Below, piece by piece: positions 11,627 to 24,757 of a stretch of DNA of 64,000 nucleotides. A model generated the notes under the pieces. It worked only from the letters and a program-made list of their open reading frames with translations. It had not been told where the DNA came from and did not search any database. The number at the start of each line of letters is the position of its first letter. Position 1 is the stretch's first letter. A program made the position numbers and the translations under genes. Source of the stretch: Mustelus asterias (taxonomy: Eukaryota); the NCBI RefSeq assembly GCF_964213995.1, contig NW_027590164.1, positions 248,001-312,000 of the forward strand, in the 5' to 3' direction.

Positions 11627-14117
11627 ACATCGAACATAGAACAGGCCCTTCGGCCCACGATGCTGTGCTGAGCTTTATCTGAAACCAAGATCAAGCTATC
11701 CCACTCCCTATCATCCTGGTGTGCTCCATGTGCCTATCCAATAACCGCTTATATGTTCCTAAAGTGTCTGACTCCACTATCACTGCAGGCAGTACATTCC
11801 ACACCCCAACCACTCTCTGCGTAAAGAACCTACCTCTGATATCCTTCCTATATCTCCCACCATGACCCCTATAGTTGTGACCCCTTGTCATACCTCCATC
11901 CACCCGAGGAAATAGTCTTTGAACGGTCACTCTATCTATCCCCTTCATCATTTTATAAACCTCTATTAAGTCTCCCCTCAGCCTCCTCCGCTCCAGAGAG
12001 AACAGCCCGAGCTCCCTCAACCTTTTCTCATAAGACTTACCCTCCAAACCAGGCAGCATCCTGGTAAATCTCCTTTGCACTCTTTCCAGCGCTTCCACAT
12101 CCTTCTTATAGTGAGGTGACCAGAACTGCACACAATATTCCAAATTTGGTCTCAGCAAGGTCCTGTACAGTTGCAGCATAACCCCACGGCTCTTAAACTC
12201 CAACCCCCTGTTAATAAAAGCTGACACACTATTGGCCTTCTTCACAGCTCTATCCATTTGAGTGGCAACCTTCAGAGATCTGTGGATATGGACCCCAAGA
12301 TCTCTCTGTTCCTCCACAGTCTTCAGAACCCCACCTTTGACCCTGTAATCCACACTTAAATTTGTCGTACCAAAATGAAAAACCTCACATTTATCAGGGT
12401 TAAACTCCATCTGCCATTTTTCAGCCCAGCTTTGCATCCTATCTATGTCTCTTTACAGTCTATAACAGCCCTCCACCTCATCCACTACTCCACCAATCTT
12501 GGTGTCATCAGCAAATTTACTGATCCACCCTTCAGCCACCTCCTCTCGGTCATTAATAAAAATCACAAATAGCAGAGGACCAAGCACTGATTCCTGTGGC
12601 ACTCCGCTAGCAACCTGCCTCCAGTCCGAAAATTTTCCATTCACCACCACCCTCTGTCTTTGATCAGACAGCCAGTTACCTATCTAATCAGCCAACTTTC
12701 CCTCTATCCCAACCTCCTTACTTTCATCATAAGCTGACCATGGGGGACCTCATCAAACGCCTTACTAAAATCCATGTTTCTGACATCAACTGCCCTACCT
12801 TCGTCAACACACTTAGTTACCTCCTCAAAAAATTCTATCAAATTTGTGAGGCACGACTTGCCCTTCACGAATCCGTGCTGACTATCCCGGATTAATCCGC
12901 ATCTTTCTAAATGGTCGTAAATCCCATCCCTAAGGACCTTTTCCATCAACTTACCAACCACCGAAGTAAGACTAACCGGCCTATAATTACCAGGGTCATT
13001 TCTATTCCCTTTCTTAAAGAGAGGAACAACATTCGCCACTCTCCAGTCCTCTGGCACCATCCCCATGGACAGTGAGGACCCAAAGATCAAAGCCAAAGGC
13101 TCTGCAATCTCATCCCTTGCCTCCCAAAGAATCCGAGGATATATTTCATCAGGCCCGGGGGACTTCTCGACCTTCAGTTTATTCAAAACTGCGAGTACAC
13201 CCTCCTGCCGAACATCTACTTCCTCCAGCCGATTAGCCTGTAACACCTTCTCTTCCTCAAAAACATGACCCCTCTCCTTGGTGAACACTGAAGAAAAGTA
13301 TTCTTTCATCACCTCTCCTATCTCTACTGACTCCATACACAAGTTCCCACTACTGTCCTTAATCGTCCCTAACCTCACCCTGGTCATTCTTTTATTCCTC
13401 ACATAAGAGTAAAAAGCCTTGGGATTTTCCTTGATCCGACCCGCCAAGGACTTCTCATGCCCCCTCCTAGCTCTCCTAAGCCCCTTTTTCAGCTCATTCC
13501 TTGCTAACCTGTAACCCTCAATCGAGCCATCTGAACCTTGTTTCCTCATAAGCTTCCCTCTTCCTTTTTGCAAGACATTCCACCTCTTTTGTGAACCATG
13601 GTTCCCTCACTCGGCCATTTCCTCCCTGCCTGACAGGGACATACCTATCAAGGACACACAGTATTTGTTCCTTGAAAAAGTTCCACTTTTCATTAGTGCC
13701 TTTCCCCGACAGTTTCTGTTCCCATTTTATGCCCCCTAATTCTTGCCTAATCGCATCATAATGACCTCTCCCTCAATTATAAACCTTGCCCTGCCGTAAG
13801 GCCCTATCCCTCTCCATTGCAATAACAAAAGACACCGAATTGTGGTCACTATCTCCAAAGTGCTCTCCCACAACCAAATCTAACACTTGGCCCGGTTCAT
13901 TTCCCAGTACCAAATCCAATGTGGCCCCACCTCTTGTCGGCCTATCCACATATTGTGTCAGGAAACCCTCCTGCACACACTGCACAAAAACTGCCCCATC
14001 CAAACTGTTCGACCTACATAGGTTCCAATCAATATTTGGAAAGTTAAAGTCCCCCATGACAACTACCCTGTGACCCCCACACCTATCCATAATCTGCTTA
14101 GCAATTTCTTCCTCCAC
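11627..14117 (-). mobile_element. CR1 LINE (endonuclease C-terminus to 3' end), disrupted
   Basis: GDFNFPNIDW, SDHN, NYRPVSLTSVVGK, SGVPQ, KFADD motifs split over several ORFs. Confidence 0.95.
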
Positions 14118-14198
14118 CCGGTTTCAGCAGCAGGTGAGCTGAGGCCAGGACAAAGTGGGGCGGTGTCACTGAGGTGGAAATAGGTAGTGTAGGTGGTG

Positions 14199-14996
14199 AT
14201 GTGGCAAATAGAGTTAAATACAGATCAGTGTGAGGTGTTGCATCATGGAAAGTCAAACCAAGGTAGAACTTTCACGGTGAATGGGAGGACCTCAGGGAGT
14301 ATCGTGGAACAGAGGGACCTTGGAGTTCAGGTACACGGTTCTCTTAAGTTGGAGTCACACGTAGATAGGGCAGTGAAGAAGGCTTTTGGCATGCTGGCCT
14401 TTATCAGTCAGGGCATTGAGTATAGGAGTTGGGAAGTTATGTTGCAGTTGTACAGGACTTTGGTGAGGCTGCACCTGGAATATTGTGTTCAGTTTTGGTC
14501 ACCTTGATTTGGAAAGATGTTATTAAACTGGAGAGAGTGCAGAAGAGATTTACAAGGATGTTGCCAGGACTCAAGTTACAGGGAGAGATTGGACGGGCTA
14601 GGACTTTTTTCTTTGGAGCGTCGGAGACTGAGGGGTGATCTTATAGAGGTGTGTAAGATCATGAGAGGCATGGATAGGTTGAATGCACTCAGTCTTTTTC
14701 GCAGGGTTGGGGAATTAAGAATTAGAGGGCATAAGTTTAAGTTAAGAGGAGAAAGAATGAATGGGAACCTGAGGAGCAGCTTTTTTACACAGAGGGTGGT
14801 ACGTATGTGGAATGAGCTGCCGGAGGAAGTGGTTGAGGCAGGGCCATTGTCAACATTTAAAAGGCATTTGGACAGATACATGGATAGGAAAGGTTTAGAG
14901 GGATATGGGCCAAATGGAGTTAGCTCACATGGGCATTTTTGGTGAGCGTGGACCAGTTTGGGCCGAAGGGCCTGTCTCCGTGCTGTAGATTCTATG
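14199..14996 (+). mobile_element. CR1 LINE 3' fragment
   Basis: EYCVQFWSP, LERRRLRGDLIEV, FFTQRVV; attctatg tail. Confidence 0.92.
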
Positions 14997-15394
14997 AGGA
15001 TATGTTTGGAAGCTCAGTTTGAAGTGAAACATGTCACTGAGGTTGTGAATATTCCGGTTCAGCCTCAGACAGTCGCAATGGGGACAGATGGAGTCAGTGG
15101 TTAGGAAGTGGGATTTGTTGCAGGGCTGATGATGACAGCCTTCATCTTCCAATATTTAACAAAGGCAATTACTGCTCATCCAGTCCTGGATGTCAGACAA
15201 GGGAGGATGGTGTGTAAAATTGGAGGGAATTTGGAGATGATGGTGTTCACATACACCTCTTACCCTGATCCTTCTCGGTGTGCAGGTTAACGGTTTTAAG
15301 GTTCAAACCACTGGTTGAGTTGTAGATACATAAAGTCCCTCCTTTGCCCCCACCTCTCTCTCCATCCATTGAGGCCAGAGCCTTGTGGAGTCCC

Positions 15395-15480
15395 AGACTG
15401 GATGGCAGATTCCCTTCCCTGAAAGGCATTAGTGAATCAGTTGGGTTTTTGTGACAATCCAGCAGTTTCCATGGTCACTT
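15395..15480 (+). mobile_element. Probable DeuSINE (SacSINE1/AmnSINE-like) core fragment
   Basis: ggcagattcccttccctgaaaggcattagtgaatcagttgggtttttgtgacaatc resembles the Deu domain as I recall it; second remnant near 17330-17390. Confidence 0.45.
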
Positions 15481-15598
15481 TTTTCTGGTGCCGGCCCCAC
15501 AAATGACCAGATTCATTCAGCTCAATTTCACAACCTGCCTTTGTGTTTTTGTGGGATCTCTCTCACTCCCTTTTCACTGTTTTAAATCAATTTCACAG

Positions 15599-16466
15599 GG
15601 TTTTAGAAGTGGAGGATTTGCAGTCAGGAAACTCAAACCAAACATCACATCAGGATCTGACTGAGTCGCCCAACTTATTGTAACCTGAATATAACTGAAC
15701 CTTGAGCATGGAAGGAAAAACCACGGTTCACAATGGGGTGAAACTGTACATGTGTTCTGTGTGTGGACAAGGATTCAGACAATCATCTGGCCTGTCAAGA
15801 CACAAGTGCAGTCACACTGAGGAGAAACCATGGAAATGTGGGGAAGGATTCAGAGACCTGTCTGAGCTGGAAATTCACCAATACAGTAACACTGGGGAGA
15901 GGCTGTTCACCTGCTCTGAGTGTGGGAGAGGATTCACTCAGTCATCCACCCTGCTGACACACCAGAGACCGTTCAGGTGCTCTCACTGCGGGACTGGGTT
16001 CAGGTGGTCATCTCAACTCACTGAACACCAGTGAATTCACACTGGGGAGCGGCCGTTCACCTGCACCGACTGTGGGAAGGGATTCACTCGGACATCACAC
16101 TTCATGGCACATCAGCAAGTTCACACCGATGAGAGACCATTCAAATGTCCAGATTGTGGGAAGTGCTGTAAAAGTTCCAGCAATCTAGTGTCCCATCAAC
16201 GTGTTCACAGTGAGGAGAGACCTTTTAAATGTCCAGACTGCGGGAAATGCTATAAAAGCTCCAGTGATCTGATGTCTCATCAACGTGGTCACACTGATGA
16301 GAGACCGTTCAAGTGCACTCACTGCGGGACTGGGTTCAGGCGACCATCCCAACTCACTGTCCACCAGCGAATTCACACTGGGGAGAGGCCGTTCACCTGC
16401 TCCAAATGTGGAAAGGGATTCACTCAGAAATACAACCTGTTGAGCCATCAGCGAGTTGACAAGTGA
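15599..16466 (+). pseudogene. C2H2 ZNF gene 1, pseudogene
   Basis: Acceptor at 15598, ATG 15708, TGERP linkers. In-frame TGA at 16032-16034 and several fingers with deletions. Confidence 0.85.
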
Positions 16467-16629
16467 CTGCTGGAGTTTGATTCTGCTGTTTATCACAAAT
16501 CACAAACATGTTGATTGTGGTCATTCGCCTCTGATGTAAATAAATTTGAGCCCGCAAATAAATACTAATGTCCTGGATGAAAGTCAAATAAATCTGCTTT
16601 TATGTTAAACAATCTGTTGAAACTTTTTT

Positions 16630-17100
16630 TATCTCTGACTCAAGTCCATTCCTTTCGAATGGCTCTCCCTCTCCCCTGTCTCCTCCATCCTGACCCCCAA
16701 CAAAAAGTGTGATGAAGTCATGGAGCTTCTTTGTCACTCGGATTGAGCCAACCCAATCAGCTGCCCCTGCTGCTTCCCTCTCTTCCACCCTCCCACTGAG
16801 CCAAACTAATGTACCTAAAGCCTCTCCCTGTCTGAGCCTTGAACCTGCATCTTTCAACAGTTTCTTTCCTGTCTTGGCCCTGACTCTATTTTCATTAAAT
16901 TGCTGACCACCCAACTTCCCCATATTGGCTGATATTGTTAATGATTCTCTCCCTCTCTTCTGGTTTTGTTCCTCTCACTTTTAACTACACAAACATCACC
17001 CTTTCTGAAAAAAAACCCTTTGATCCCACTTTGCTTGCAAATTATGGCCCCATCTCCAGCCTCCCTTTCCAAAGTCTTTGAACTTGGTGTCTCCCAAGGA
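16630..17100 (+). mobile_element. Old L2-like LINE fragment
   Basis: Pyrimidine-rich decayed ORF2-like sequence; family assignment is tentative. Confidence 0.4.
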
Positions 17101-17844
17101 TATATACTTTTGGTCTCCTATTTGGGCAGCAAGGTGGCATGGTGGTTCGCACTCACAGATCCAGACACCTGAGTACAATTTCAACCTGTGTGGAGCAAGC
17201 ACATTCTTTCTGTGTCTGTGTGGATTTCCTCCGTGTGCTCCGGTTTCTTCCACACTCCAAAGATGTGCAGGCTAGCTGGAATGGCCATGGTAAAATGTAT
17301 GGGATTACGGGTATAGGGTGGGGAGAGGGACAGCAGATTTCCTTACCCAGAGGATGTTAGTGAGCAATCAGCAATGGTTTCATAGTCAGAGCATTGCCCT
17401 GGGTCTCTGGGTTACTGCTCCAGTGACAATATCACTATGCCACTGCCTCTTCAATGTACACACATAGTGAAAAGGCCATTCACCTGCTCCGTGTGGGAAA
17501 GAATTTGTGCATCCAATTTGAAGGGCTGTGATCACAATAACCTGTCTTCCGGACTGTTGTGGTTGTGGTGGATATTTAGTAAGGATACTACAACTGTTGT
17601 GGAGAATCAAAGACACAGCTCCAGTCTGATACAGACCTTGTACATAAAACCAAGACCTGATCGCATAAACCCCAGTGCAATCTGACAGTGATTTGTCTTT
17701 CACAGGTCTATTGGACACGACCTCTCACCTGACAAGTACATGGGATTCTTTCAGACTGAAACATCCCAGACAAGTGATAATTATGAAAATTCAGGATATG
17801 AATGCCTTTTCTTTGTAATTCCAACATTCATCTACTCTTAACCA

Positions 17845-18158
17845 TAAGACCATGAGACATAGGAGCAGAATTAGGCCACTCGGCCCATCGAGTCTGCTCC
17901 GCCATTTAATCATGGCTGATATTTTTCTCATCCCCATTCTCCTGCCTTTTCCACATAACCCCTGATCCCCTTATTAATCAAGAACCTATCTATCTCTGTC
18001 TTAAAGACACTCAATGACCTGGCCTCAACAGCCTTCTGTGGCAAAGAGTTCCACAGATTCACCAATCTCTGGCTGAAGAAATTCCTCCTAATCTCTGTTT
18101 GAAAGGATCATCCCTTTAGCCTGAGGTTGTGCCCTCTTTAGCCTGAGGTTGTGCCCTG
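17845..18158 (-). mobile_element. CR1 3' end
   Basis: RRNFFSQR.VNLWNSLPQ-coding sequence and ccataag-type tail. Confidence 0.85.
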
Positions 18159-18228
18159 GAGTATTCTGGTTAACACACTGGAATACTCCCTTTGGCCCTT
18201 TAGGATAATGTCACTGCAGTATGACATA

Positions 18229-18566
18229 GGGCGGTACGGTGGCACAGTGGTTAGCACTGCTGCTTCACAGCTCCAGGGTCCCGGGTTCGATTCCCGGCTC
18301 GGGTCACTGTCTGTGTGGAGTTTGCACATTCTCCTCGTGTCTGCGTACGTTTCCTCCGGGTGCTCCGGTTTCCTCCCACAATCCAAAGATGTGCGCGTTA
18401 GGCTGATTGGCCAGGTTAAAAATTGCCCCTTAGAGTCCTGAGATGCGTAGGTTTGAGGGATTAGTGGGTAAATATGTGGGGGTAGGGCCTGGGTGGGATT
18501 GTGGTCGGTGCAGACTCGATGGGCCGAATGGCCTCCTTCTGCACTGTAGGGTTTCTATGATTCTAT
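18229..18566 (+). mobile_element. Full-length HE1/V-SINE
   Basis: tRNA-like head, V core, CR1-derived tail ending ttctatgattctat. Confidence 0.9.
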
Positions 18567-19089
18567 AGTATATGAGATCTGCAGAAACATTCAACTAAAT
18601 TCTACCAGGCACCTGATATGCTTAACTGTGGAAACCCTTTTCCATTAAGGTCTCAGATTACTACAACAGATATGCATTGTTCTGACTCGACCAGCTGGGC
18701 TGTGGAATTAATTGGATGGATCTTCCAGAGAGCCAGCAGAGTCATAATGGGCCAAATGGTTTCTATTTATGCTGTATCATTCTCTAAAAGAGTGAATAGT
18801 CAGTATCAGGGACAGAGAGAAGAACCAGTGACTGTGCGATTGAACCCAGCCAGGATCAGCACCATAAAGGGAGGAGTGAGAGGGGCACGGTATAAAAGCT
18901 TTGAAACTATTGCATGGTCTTGCAGCAGAACTTTGAGAAATGGAGCACAGCAGATCACCAATTCTCAATATTTCATTAACTTACCTCATGCTGACAATGT
19001 TATTTTGAACTAACTATATGAAGTTTCAATGGCGTTTATTACCCAGCATTCGCTGCGGGTGTGAAAGTGCCCTATTCACTCCACAGGAG

Positions 19090-19510
19090 CCCAGTACGCA
19101 GACGCAGCGTTGTATCTGGGGCATGCGCAGTGTCACTTTGCTCGGAGCCCTGCGAGTGTGGAGATGCTTATTTCAAGGGGTGAGAGTCGGTGGGGCGGAG
19201 GGAGGAATGGAGCCGGGAGTTGGGGTGGGGAGGGAGCAGAGGCTTCATAAACATCTGCTGTAGGCCGCAAGGCCTGAATAAGAGCCTTCCGGTCCCGGGT
19301 TTGCAGCTGCGGGGATTTTATCCGGGATCAGGCCCAGTGCCGCGGCCGCCATCTTTGTTTAGCGGGGAGCAGAGCGCATGCGCGGCCACTGGGCGGAGCT
19401 TCAGGATTTGGGTGACCAGGAGAGACAATGTTTGAGTCATTGACTGACAGGCCGGGTTCATGGATGCTGCCTTTCACCTTCTCAATTTGCAGCGGCGGCT
19501 CGCCGTCTTT
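19090..19510. promoter_or_regulatory. CpG-island-like promoter with no assignable gene
   Basis: NRF1-like GCATGCGCA and GCGCATGCGC, YY1-like GCCGCCATCTT, GC boxes GGGCGGAG. Confidence 0.55.
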
Positions 19511-20099
19511 TATACACTTTAATCATACAGACATTAGCGGTTACTTCGTCGTTAGCTTTGGGTGATTACATGTATTTAGCCAATTGGGCTCCCCGAGCAA
19601 CAATTGACCTCCAATCACATTCCTTCAAAAACAACCATTAACAAAAACCCACAAGTTTCGGTTCCGCTTTATCTGAAGCTAAACGGACCATCTGGACCTA
19701 TCGGTCTGGTTTTTTTTGTCTGTTCTGTATTTTTTATTCAATAACAGGATGTAGCTCAAAGGTTAGTTCGTTATTTATTAGCAACAGAATGATCTTTGTT
19801 AACCACAGGATACGTGCTGGGCGCAGCCGGTCCTGTAGTCACGTACGCATTAACTTTCAAAGGTCACAGTCTTAATTTCATTCCAACAATCACTTCTCAT
19901 TTAGCTAAAATCCAATGAGCATAGATGCACCCTGCCTAACCTTTCCTCATAAAACAGACCCCTTCATGTCCGAAATCAGCTCGTGAACCTTGTCTGAATT
20001 GCTTCCACTGTAAGTATATTCCATCTTAAGTAATCTTATGCTAGAAAACAGGAGGAAAGAATGTTATGGATTTATATTCAGGACTGACAAATGACTGTT

Positions 20100-20432
20100 G
20101 GGGGTGACACAGTGGTTAGCACTTCTGTCTCAAAGCGCCAGAGACCCGGTTCAATTCCAGCCTCGGGTGATTGTATGGAGTTTGCACATTCTCCCTCTGT
20201 CTGTGTGGGTTTCCTCTGCATGCTCTGGTTTCCTCCCACACTCCAAAGAGTGGGTTGATCGACCATGCTAAATTGTCCCTTTGTGTCTCAAGATGAGGGG
20301 GAAGGAAAGGATTAGTGATGTACGTACATCAGGTTACAGGGATAGGGCCTGAGTAAAGGTGCTCTGTTAGAAACCTGGTGCAGACTCGATGGGCTAAAAG
20401 GCCTCCTTCTGCACTGCAGAGATTCTGTGATT
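20100..20432 (+). mobile_element. HE1/V-SINE
   Basis: Head, V core and tail as in the other copies. Confidence 0.85.
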
Positions 20433-20569
20433 TTGGAATCTCCTTTTACAGATGGTTAGAAGAAGAGGATTTTTACAGCAATCTCAAACCCCAAAAAATG
20501 TGTATTTCTTAATTTCAAGCCACAATTGACACATGACTCTTGTAATCTCCTTTTGCAGGGAGTTAGAAT

Positions 20570-22826
20570 ATTTGCACTTGACGGTCCGTGAGGGGGGCGT
20601 GGTCATTCACTTGCTGAACGTCTACACCCCAACCGCCGGACCGCAGCAAATGACTTTCTATGAGAAAGTGTCCGCTCATCTCGACACCATTGCGGGGGGT
20701 GAATGCATTATCCTCGGGGGAGATTTCAACTGTACCCTCGAGGCACGGGACCGCACCGGCCCCTCGCTGCGCACCCCGGTGATGGTGAAGTTGCGGGACC
20801 TGCTCGGGTCCCACGACTTGGTGGACATTTGGAGACATCTCCATCCTGGCTCCAGAGCTTTCAGTTACGTGAGGCCTGGAGTCGGAGCGTCCAGGCTCGA
20901 CCGCCTTTACATTTCGAGGGCGAACGTGTCCGGCGTGTCTTCGGCTCCATGCGGCTGGTGTCGTGCACGGACCACAACCTGATGTGGGCGGACTTTGTGC
21001 CGTCTCGTGTCCGGCGGGGGTCCGCGTACTGGCACTTTAACAACAAGCTGCTGGAGGACGAGCGCTTCCTGGACTTGTTCCGTCGATTCTGGGCCGGCTG
21101 GAGAAGGAAGCGGGGAGGCTTCCTCTCCTTGAGGCTCTGGTGGGATGTGGGCAAGACTCACGTCCGTACCTTCTGTCAGGAGTACGCAAGGGGGTCGACA
21201 AAGGGACGGAAATCCAGGCTCGAGGAGTTGGAGAAGGAGGCACGTCTCAGTCAGCCCGACGCGGACCCGGCCCTGTGTTCGGAGTACAGGGAAAAGAAGG
21301 TGGTGAGGTCGCGGCTCCAGTTCCAGGTGGACCTGGACCGCGGCTCCCCCTTCTTCTACTCGCTGGAAAGAGGGCGGGCTAACCGTCAGCAGCTCCTTAC
21401 GCTGCTGGCCGACGACGGTTCCCCCGTCTCGGATCCCGAGGGCATCCGGGCCATTGCCCGGGATGATTACACCTCCCTCTTCTCTCCGGATCCGTCCAGC
21501 GAGGATTCCCGCAGACCTCTGTGGGAGGACCTGCCGCAGGTCAGCCCGGAGGGCGTCGGCAGGCTTGAAGCCCCCACCACCATGGCCGAGCTGACCGGCG
21601 CCCTCAATGGCCTCAGTCGGGGCAAGGCCCCGGGGCTGGACGGGCTGACAGTAGAGTTCTCCTGGGGAGCGACTACGCGGGGGTCCTGGGGGAGAGCGTC
21701 GCTACCGGGGAGATGCCCCTTTTGTGGCGCAGGGCCATCATTGCCCTGCTGCCCAACAAGTGGGATCTATGCCTCCTAAAAAACTGGCGCTCGGCCTCCT
21801 TCCTCAGCACGGATTATACAATCTTTGCCAAGGCTATTGCTTCATGCCTTGGATCCGTGCTGGACCACATGATCCACCCTGACCAGTCCTACACGGTCCC
21901 GGGCCGTTGTATACACGATAACCTCCAACTGGTCCGGGACCTAATCGGGGACGTGCTCGATGGCGGAGGGGCGGGCTGGATGAGTCCCCGCGTGCTGGCT
22001 GAGCGCGTGGGGACGACCGTCCGGCGCGCGGCCAAAGCCATCCTAGACCTTAGGACGGTCGTGCTCGGCCCCGAAAATATAAACTCGAGGCGGCGCAGGC
22101 GTGCGGTGGGATCCCGCCCGAGCGTTCCCCTGTTCGGGCGGAATTCCACAGTGGCCCAAATCCTCAACCCCCCTCCCTGGGTGAGGTGCCCCACAGCCTG
22201 AGCCGCCTCGCGGAAATGCCCTCCGTGCCTTTTTCTCCCGCGCGGATGCGTTTCCTGTGCGGGCTGCTGCTGCACACCCTCCACTACCGCCTCCTCGCCT
22301 GTCGCCCGGATACACCTTGGCGGGCCTTGTTGCCACCGGGCGGCGGAGGTCCCTGCTGGAGGTCCCTCTATGGAGGGATCTCCCCCAATTACGTCGGGGA
22401 CCTGGGGTGGAGGGTGATGCATGCAGCAGTTCCGCACAACCGTAGGATTCACTGGTTCACGGGCTCCGAAGACTGCCCTTTCTGTGGCCTTGCAGAGTCC
22501 GTGGACCATGTCTATGTTGTGTGTCTTAGGCTGCACTCCCTTTTTGTTTCCCTAAAGAACCTTTTAATGATGTTTTGTTTGCACTTCAGTCCCACGCTCC
22601 TGATCTACAGACACCCGGTGCGGATATAACGCACCCCAACCCCTGGGCATTGCAGGGGTTGGGGTGTGTTATTGACCCTGATAATCACATTTTAATTTGA
22701 TGTTTTAAGTTTCCTTTGTACTTTGATTTCTGTTCGGGCTGTTCCCCCTCCTTTTGGGGAGCTGCCCCTTTTACTTTGTCCTGACTTAATTTGAGTTTGT
22801 TTAATTGGTTTGACCTAAAAAGGGGT
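20570..22826 (+). mobile_element. Tx1-clade non-LTR retrotransposon, 5'-truncated with internal deletions
   Basis: APE motifs LNVY, GGDFNC, SRLDRLY, TDH; WHFNNKLL and LRLWWDVGK; RT start GKAPGLDGL, HPDQSYTVPGR; C-terminal CPFCG..ESVDH..C; ORF2 ends IDPDNHILI* at about 22700; short 3' UTR with a GC stem-loop. Confidence 0.92.
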
Positions 22827-22985
22827 CCAACATCTTTGAGTAAAACACTTTCTTTTCAACCCCTTTTCCATTTCTTTTCTCATTCTGGGGGAAATTGGGG
22901 ACTTGCAGCAACTGGAGGGAAAGGAAGTGAATCCAGGGAGGGTGCAGACTCTGGAAAGGTTGGTCCAGGTTTCTCTCTCTCTTAA
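22827..22985 (+). other. ZNF-family exon-1 donor and intron-1 start (donor mutated to TTGAGT)
   Basis: Collinear with the 46587-46430 (-), 59320-59212 (-) and 61231-61310 (+) copies. Confidence 0.85.
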
Positions 22986-22994
22986 ACCAGAAAA

Positions 22995-24085
22995 TGATCC
23001 ATTTCTGCCCACTGTTTGCTGTTAGCCAATCTTCTATCCACGCCAATATGTTATCCCTGCAGCATGAATTTTTATTTGCTGCAATAACCTTTGATGTGGC
23101 ACCTCATCAAATGTCTTCTGGAAATCTGAGTACAGCGCATGCACCAGTTTCCCTTTATCCAATTCCCGATGGGGAATTTTAGAAAATTGAACAACACATC
23201 AACTATCTCACTCTGTTAAGACCCGAGAATGAAGCCCAGCAGGACCCGAGGACTCATCAGCCCACAGCTCCAACAGTTTGCTGAGGACCACTTCCCTGGG
23301 AATTGTGCTTTTTCAGAGTTCATCCCACACTTCTGTTTTCTGATTTCCAGCTGTTTCTGAGTTTTAACTGTATCCTCTATTGTGAACACCGAGGCAAAAT
23401 ACTTGTTCAATTCATCTCCCAGCTCCTTATTTTTCATTATCAATTCCTGGACTCACTTTCTATTAGACAGTTAAGAAATGAGGTGGAGCAAGTGACTGAA
23501 GTGTCAGTCAGGGAGCACTATTGGGAGCACCAATAGTTTCAAAATAGTTCTGGAAAAAGATGGGACAGGTCCACAGGTCAAGGCCCTAAACTGGAGCAGG
23601 GCCACTTTTGTGGGCATTAGGCAGGATCGAGCAGATGTCGATTAGGTGAGTTTGTTTGAAGGGAAAGGAATGACTGGCAATTGGGAGGTTTTAAAAGTGT
23701 GATATCAAGAATCCAGGGGCAGTATATTCCTGTTAAGATGAAGGGAAAGAATGGTAAATTTAGGGATCTCTGGCAGACAAGGGACATTGAGGCTCTGGTC
23801 GGGTAAAAGAAGGAAGCATACATTGGGTTTAAAGATTAAAGAAAATTCCAAGAGGTTCTATAGCTATATTAAGAGTAAAAGGGTGGCTCGAGAGGGAATA
23901 GATCCCCTTAAAAATCAGTATGGCCATCTGTGTGTGGAGCCACAGGAGATGGGTGAGATTTTTAATGAATACTTCTCCTCTGTGTTTACTGCGGAGAGCA
24001 CCATGGGTGCTAAAGAAATAAGGGAAACAAGTGGTGATGTCTTGGGCACACGCACGTTACTTGGGAGGACGTATCTGCAGCCTTA
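22995..24085. mobile_element. Two decayed CR1 fragments (22995-23463 minus, 23475-24085 plus)
   Basis: ELNKYFASVFT (-); KENSKRFYSYIKSK and NEYFSSVFT (+). Confidence 0.8.
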
Positions 24086-24087
24086 TA

Positions 24088-24272
24088 AAAGCAAATTACT
24101 GCGGATGCTGGAATCTGAAACCAAGAGAGAAAATGCTGGAAAATCTCAGCAGGTCTGGCAGCCTCTGTAAGGAGAGAAAAGAGCTGATGTTTCTTGTCTA
24201 GATGACCCTTTGTCAAAGCTCTGAAACATCAGTTCTTTTCTCTCCATACAGATGCTGCCAGACCTGCTGAGA
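24088..24272. mobile_element. Penelope pLTR-type inverted remnant
   Basis: ctcagcaggtctggcagc...gctgccagacctgctgag inverted arms; related pieces at 42693-42848, 52195-52320 and 56780-56855. Confidence 0.65.
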
Positions 24273-24757
24273 ATGGGGAGAGAGTGTGTGGGATGGAGAT
24301 TTACAGCTTTTGGGGAATGAGAGAGGAAAGAATGTTCCGTAGAAATTGTCTGTTCTGAATTTCTATCCTGTACTGACACTGATGACTTTTGGAAACTCAT
24401 TTTACAGGATACTGAAAGAGGAATCACAGGCCGAAATCTCAAACGTCACGTCCTGACGTGACAGAATCGTGTTCCTTGGGACCTCAATATCATCGGACTT
24501 TGAATCCGGAAGGAGAAATGATTGTCCAGTCTGTCGATTTGAAGAGATTTGAAATGTCAGTGTGAGTGAAAAAGCATCAACACACTGCCACACTCGAGTG
24601 AGAGCGTTCCAATGCACTGACTAAAGAGCTTAAACCAGTTACACAGTCTGAGTAAATATCACACCATTCACAGCGGGTAGAGACTGTAATCTTGTTCTGT
24701 GTGTGGACGAAATTCAACTAATTGTCCACCCAAGACAGAGGTAAGGACACCTGCACC

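Noticed and set aside
10484-15606. In-frame EMC4 exon 3 to ZNF1 fusion protein
   Set aside because: The phase-1 junction reads R-F-stop immediately.
16032-16034. In-frame TGA codons (ZNF1, V2 leader, CR1 ORF1) as selenocysteine or read-through sites
   Set aside because: They are explained by single substitutions (CGA->TGA in ZNF1), ZNF1 and the CR1 carry other lesions, and no SECIS was recognised.
18229-18305. tRNA-like A/B-box sequences at SINE heads
   Set aside because: They continue into the V-SINE core and CR1-type tail, so they are not tRNA genes.
20533-20575. Left TSD for the Tx1 element
   Set aside because: No CCAACATCTG-like copy at the 5' junction; it abuts a ZNF-acceptor-like fragment, suggesting a later deletion.
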